Below are positions 61,266-64,000 of a stretch of DNA of 64,000 nt, in pieces. Source of the stretch: an uncultured Candidatus Saccharibacteria bacterium (lineage in GTDB: Bacteria; Patescibacteriota; Saccharimonadia; UBA4664; CAZOQX01); the NCBI GenBank assembly GCA_964582465.1, contig CAZOQX010000003.1:1115-65114 (forward strand), written 5' to 3'. Every line of letters starts with the position of its first letter. Position 1 is the first letter of the stretch. The notes below the pieces were generated by a model that saw nothing but the letters and a program-made list of their open reading frames with translations, had not been told where the DNA came from and did not search any database. Made by a program: the position numbers and the translations under genes.

Positions 61266-63596
61266 ATGGAAATGGAGAAAGCTTACAATCCGGCCAAATA
61301 CGAGGCCGCTATTTATAAGTTGTGGGAAGAATCCGGTGTCTTTGAACCCGATCTTAAGGCTAAAGGCCAGCCCTTTTCGATTATTTTGCCGCCCCCCAAC
61401 GCTAATGGCGATCTGCACCTGGGGCACGCTATGTATGTGGTGGAGGATATTCTGGTGCGTTACCACCGCATGAGTGGCCATCCAACTTTATGGTTACCGG
61501 GTACGGATCACGCCGGCATTGAGACGCAAGTAGTGTTCGAGCGGGAACTAGCCAAACAAGGTAAATCTCGATTTGATCTGGGGCGCGAAGAGTTTTACCA
61601 ACAAGCGTTGGCATTTACGCTGAACAACCAGCCCAAAATCATTAGCCAACTCCGGTCACTGGGTTTTTCTTTGGACTGGTCGCGTCTTAAATTCACGCTC
61701 GACCCCGATATTATCGAAATCGTCTACCAGACTTTCAAGCAAATGATGGCGGACGACCTGATTTATCGTGGCAATCGGATTGTGAACTGGTGCACCAATT
61801 GCCGCTCCAGCTTTGCCGACATCGAAGTGAAGCATGTGGATCAAACCGACGAGCTTTACACGCTTGATTACGACACCGTCCAGATAGCTACGACTCGGCC
61901 TGAAACCATCTTCGCCGACGTAGCCGTAGCTGTCAGCCCCGATGATCCCCGCTTCTCGAAGTTAGTGGGCAAGAATGCCACTGTTCCCCTGGTTGACCGG
62001 CCCGTGCCCATCATCGCCGATACCTATGTTGATCCCAAGTTTGGCACCGGTGCGCTGAAAATCACTCCTGGACACGATACGAACGATTATGAAATCGGGC
62101 GGCGCCATAATCTGCCTGAAATCAGCGTTATCGATCTGGAAGGCCGAATGATCAATGTACCGGATGAACTAGCCGGGCTAACCGTCACGGAGGCTCGCGC
62201 CAAAACTCTGGAACTCCTGAAGAAGGCCGGCAAACTGATTAAAACCACTCCCCTCACCCACGCCGTGGGCACCCACGAACGCTGCGGTACCATCATTGAG
62301 CCACTCATCACCGAGCAATGGTTCCTTCGGATCGAACGGTTAAACCAGCCCGTCATCAAAGCTATCGAATCTGATGAAGTGAAGATTGTACCTGGCCGCT
62401 TCAAAAAGGTCGCCTTGGATTGGCTTAGATCTGAGCATGATTGGAATATTAGCCGGCAAAACTGGTTTGGTATCCGCATACCGATCTACTACAAAACCAG
62501 TAATGACCCCACCAAGGACGCGCACATCTTCGCCACTTCCGATCAAGCAGCCGAAGCCTACTACGGCAAAGACGGCTACCGAGCCGAGACCGACACCTTT
62601 GATACCTGGTTTTCTTCCGGACAATGGCCCTATGCCACCCTTACGGCAACTGGCGACTTCGACCGCTTCTACCCGAGCTCGGTAATGGAGACCGGTCGTG
62701 ACATTTTGACCAAGTGGGTCACCAAAATGGTCCTCTTTGGTCTTTACCGATCTGGCAAAGTTCCCTTTCACACCGTTTACTTACATGGACTGGTGAACGA
62801 CGCCCAGGGCCAGAAAATGAGCAAATCAAAGGGCAATGTAATTAATCCTCTCGATATGACCACCAAGTACGGCACCGATGCGCTCAGGCTCGCCCTAATA
62901 ACGGGAGTCACTCCCGGCAATGACGGTAGTTTGAGCGAAGAAAAAATCGTCGGCTACCGCAACTTCTGTAATAAACTGTGGAACGTGGCCAGATTTACGC
63001 TTGGTAAAGCCGTAAACTACTCCCCCACCCTTCCCGAGTTAAAGTCCGAGGCCGATCATTGGATGGCTACTCGGCTCAATGAAGCCACCGATCGGGTGAC
63101 CAAATCGATTGAGACCTTGCGCTTCTCTGACGCCGCCCAGACGGTTTACCAGGTGCTCTGGAACGACCTAGCCGATGTCTATCTGGAAGCCTCGAAGCAA
63201 TCGGCCAATGTGCCGCTCCTGGTGTACTTCCTCGAGACCATTTTGAAGCTAACCCATCCATTCGCTCCGTTCGTGTCAGAGCAAATCTGGCAGCATATGG
63301 CTTGGCAGAGCCGTAATTTGATAAATTCACCCTGGCCGGATAGGGGAGAGCTAAAACCATCGCAGTCACACACCGACAGTTTCGCGGCTAAGCTGGCGGC
63401 CCGGGCCTTAGCTGATGGCCGATCCCGCCTTGAAAAGGAGCTGAAAGATAAGCGAGCCTACATCAAGTTGCTCGAGAGCCGGGTGGCTGATCCAGGTTTT
63501 GCCAAAGCTTCGGCCCAATTTCGGGATGACACAAAAACCAAGTTGGAGCAGGCCAGATCAGATGTGGCAAGTCTTGACAAACAGCTCAAAGCCTAG
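61266..63596 (+). CDS. valS: Valine--tRNA ligase (compact, 776 aa)
   Basis: PPPNANGDLHLGHA (HIGH), KMSKSKGN (KMSKS), editing-domain signature GTGALKITPGHDTNDYEIGRRHNLP, and a C-terminal coiled coil. Confidence 0.93.
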   Translation: MEMEKAYNPAKYEAAIYKLWEESGVFEPDLKAKGQPFSIILPPPNANGDLHLGHAMYVVEDILVRYHRMSGHPTLWLPGTDHAGIETQVVFERELAKQGKSRFDLGREEFYQQALAFTLNNQPKIISQLRSLGFSLDWSRLKFTLDPDIIEIVYQTFKQMMADDLIYRGNRIVNWCTNCRSSFADIEVKHVDQTDELYTLDYDTVQIATTRPETIFADVAVAVSPDDPRFSKLVGKNATVPLVDRPVPIIADTYVDPKFGTGALKITPGHDTNDYEIGRRHNLPEISVIDLEGRMINVPDELAGLTVTEARAKTLELLKKAGKLIKTTPLTHAVGTHERCGTIIEPLITEQWFLRIERLNQPVIKAIESDEVKIVPGRFKKVALDWLRSEHDWNISRQNWFGIRIPIYYKTSNDPTKDAHIFATSDQAAEAYYGKDGYRAETDTFDTWFSSGQWPYATLTATGDFDRFYPSSVMETGRDILTKWVTKMVLFGLYRSGKVPFHTVYLHGLVNDAQGQKMSKSKGNVINPLDMTTKYGTDALRLALITGVTPGNDGSLSEEKIVGYRNFCNKLWNVARFTLGKAVNYSPTLPELKSEADHWMATRLNEATDRVTKSIETLRFSDAAQTVYQVLWNDLADVYLEASKQSANVPLLVYFLETILKLTHPFAPFVSEQIWQHMAWQSRNLINSPWPDRGELKPSQSHTDSFAAKLAARALADGRSRLEKELKDKRAYIKLLESRVADPGFAKASAQFRDDTKTKLEQARSDVASLDKQLKA

Positions 63597-63633
63597 CGTT
63601 TCACACGAAACGGTTTTGCTTTAGAATAGAATC

Positions 63634-63999
63634 ATGCCGGACAAAAACCCCAAAACCCGTTTCTTTGCCTTGGCTGCCACAGTGGTCGCTGCCAGTCTGT
63701 TGTTTTTTATCTTGATCCGGCCGGCTGTTTCCTCCTGGGGAAAGAGTAGGGCAGTCAGTTTAGATCTTACAGCCAGCCACTCCAAAAACACCGGCAAACA
63801 AATCGCTTTATATGAGCTTGCGCTGATGCTATATCCTCACGATAAAGTGGCAGCTTTCGGCCTAGCCGACGTTTTGGCCAGAAGAGGGGATAGGGGAGCG
63901 GCCATTCGCGTACTGGGCCTCCTGCCGCTTACAGAAAGCGGCGAGCGCATCGCTACATTACGCTACGCAGCTGGCAACTATACCGGCGCTATTGCTACC
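63634..63999 (+). CDS. Membrane-anchored protein, possibly TPR-like; 3' end beyond the window
   Basis: The ATG at 63634 gives MPDKNPKTRFFALAATVVAASLLFFILI (TM), then helical repeats (ALMLYPHDKVAAFGLADVLARRGDRGAAIRVL). Open to the window end. Confidence 0.5.
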   Translation, partial: MPDKNPKTRFFALAATVVAASLLFFILIRPAVSSWGKSRAVSLDLTASHSKNTGKQIALYELALMLYPHDKVAAFGLADVLARRGDRGAAIRVLGLLPLTESGERIATLRYAAGNYTGAIAT

Positions 64000-64000
64000 G

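Noticed and set aside
1-64000. CRISPR arrays, rRNA genes, transposases or integrases, and restriction-modification or toxin-antitoxin pairs
   Set aside because: I scanned intergenic regions and ORF translations. I saw no regularly spaced short repeats, no rRNA-like sequence and no recognisable recombinase or nuclease signatures. This was a scan by eye, not an exhaustive search.

Overview
This 64-kb chromosomal window looks like a small-genome bacterium with a Gram-positive-type envelope. No outer-membrane or secretin genes are visible. The gene content fits a Patescibacteria/CPR, Saccharibacteria-like epibiont best, but that lineage call is inference only. Supporting content: a type IV pilus (T4P) operon, FemAB/MurE/LysA wall genes, a bifunctional PGI/PMI, and very compact housekeeping operons.

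Layout:
(1) 1-14,993, minus strand: one long T4P operon. Transcription order is a giant 1490-aa secreted protein, pilN, pilO, a small PilP-like protein, pilC, two tandem pilin paralogs, three minor pilins, a PilX-like protein, a membrane parvulin-like protein, pilM and pilB. pilB is truncated by the window edge and is absent from the ORF track.
(2) 15,075-16,334: two tandem exported beta-sandwich-like paralogs whose 3' 368 bp are 100 percent identical.
(3) 16.3-64 kb: core genes. These are lysA, an M15 wall peptidase, ychF, tlyA, efp, rpsR-ssb-rpsF, recX-recA, a rodZ-like gene, ftsK, rnj, udg, pnp-rpsO-truB, rpsT, holA, mutM, polA, rpoD-dnaG, tRNA-Ser(GGA), a MacB-type ABC pair, pgi/pmi, groES-groEL with a perfect CIRCE operator, murE, two femX paralogs, tsaD and valS.

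The most unusual signal is that this core is interrupted by seven short segments that look more GC-rich and GC3-rich by eye. They sit at about 18.97-19.51, 35.27-35.69, 37.85-38.35, 42.70-45.11, 48.04-48.50, 49.29-49.70 and 52.79-53.27 kb. All carry orphan genes with strong GGAGG-type ribosome-binding sites. Most lie between intact housekeeping genes, but the 18.97-19.51 kb segment abuts an uncharacterised secreted ORF (18565-18966) on one side.

The largest segment (42.7-45.1 kb, between polA and rpoD) is a translationally coupled seven-gene operon. It encodes a small protein with archaeo-eukaryotic-primase-like motifs, a winged-helix protein, two unknowns, two roughly 30-40-aa membrane peptides and an N-terminal LuxR-HTH protein. 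I flag it as the best candidate for an undescribed accessory or mobile module, possibly acquired from a high-GC (Actinomycetota-like) donor. No rRNA, CRISPR array, integrase or transposase was recognised.
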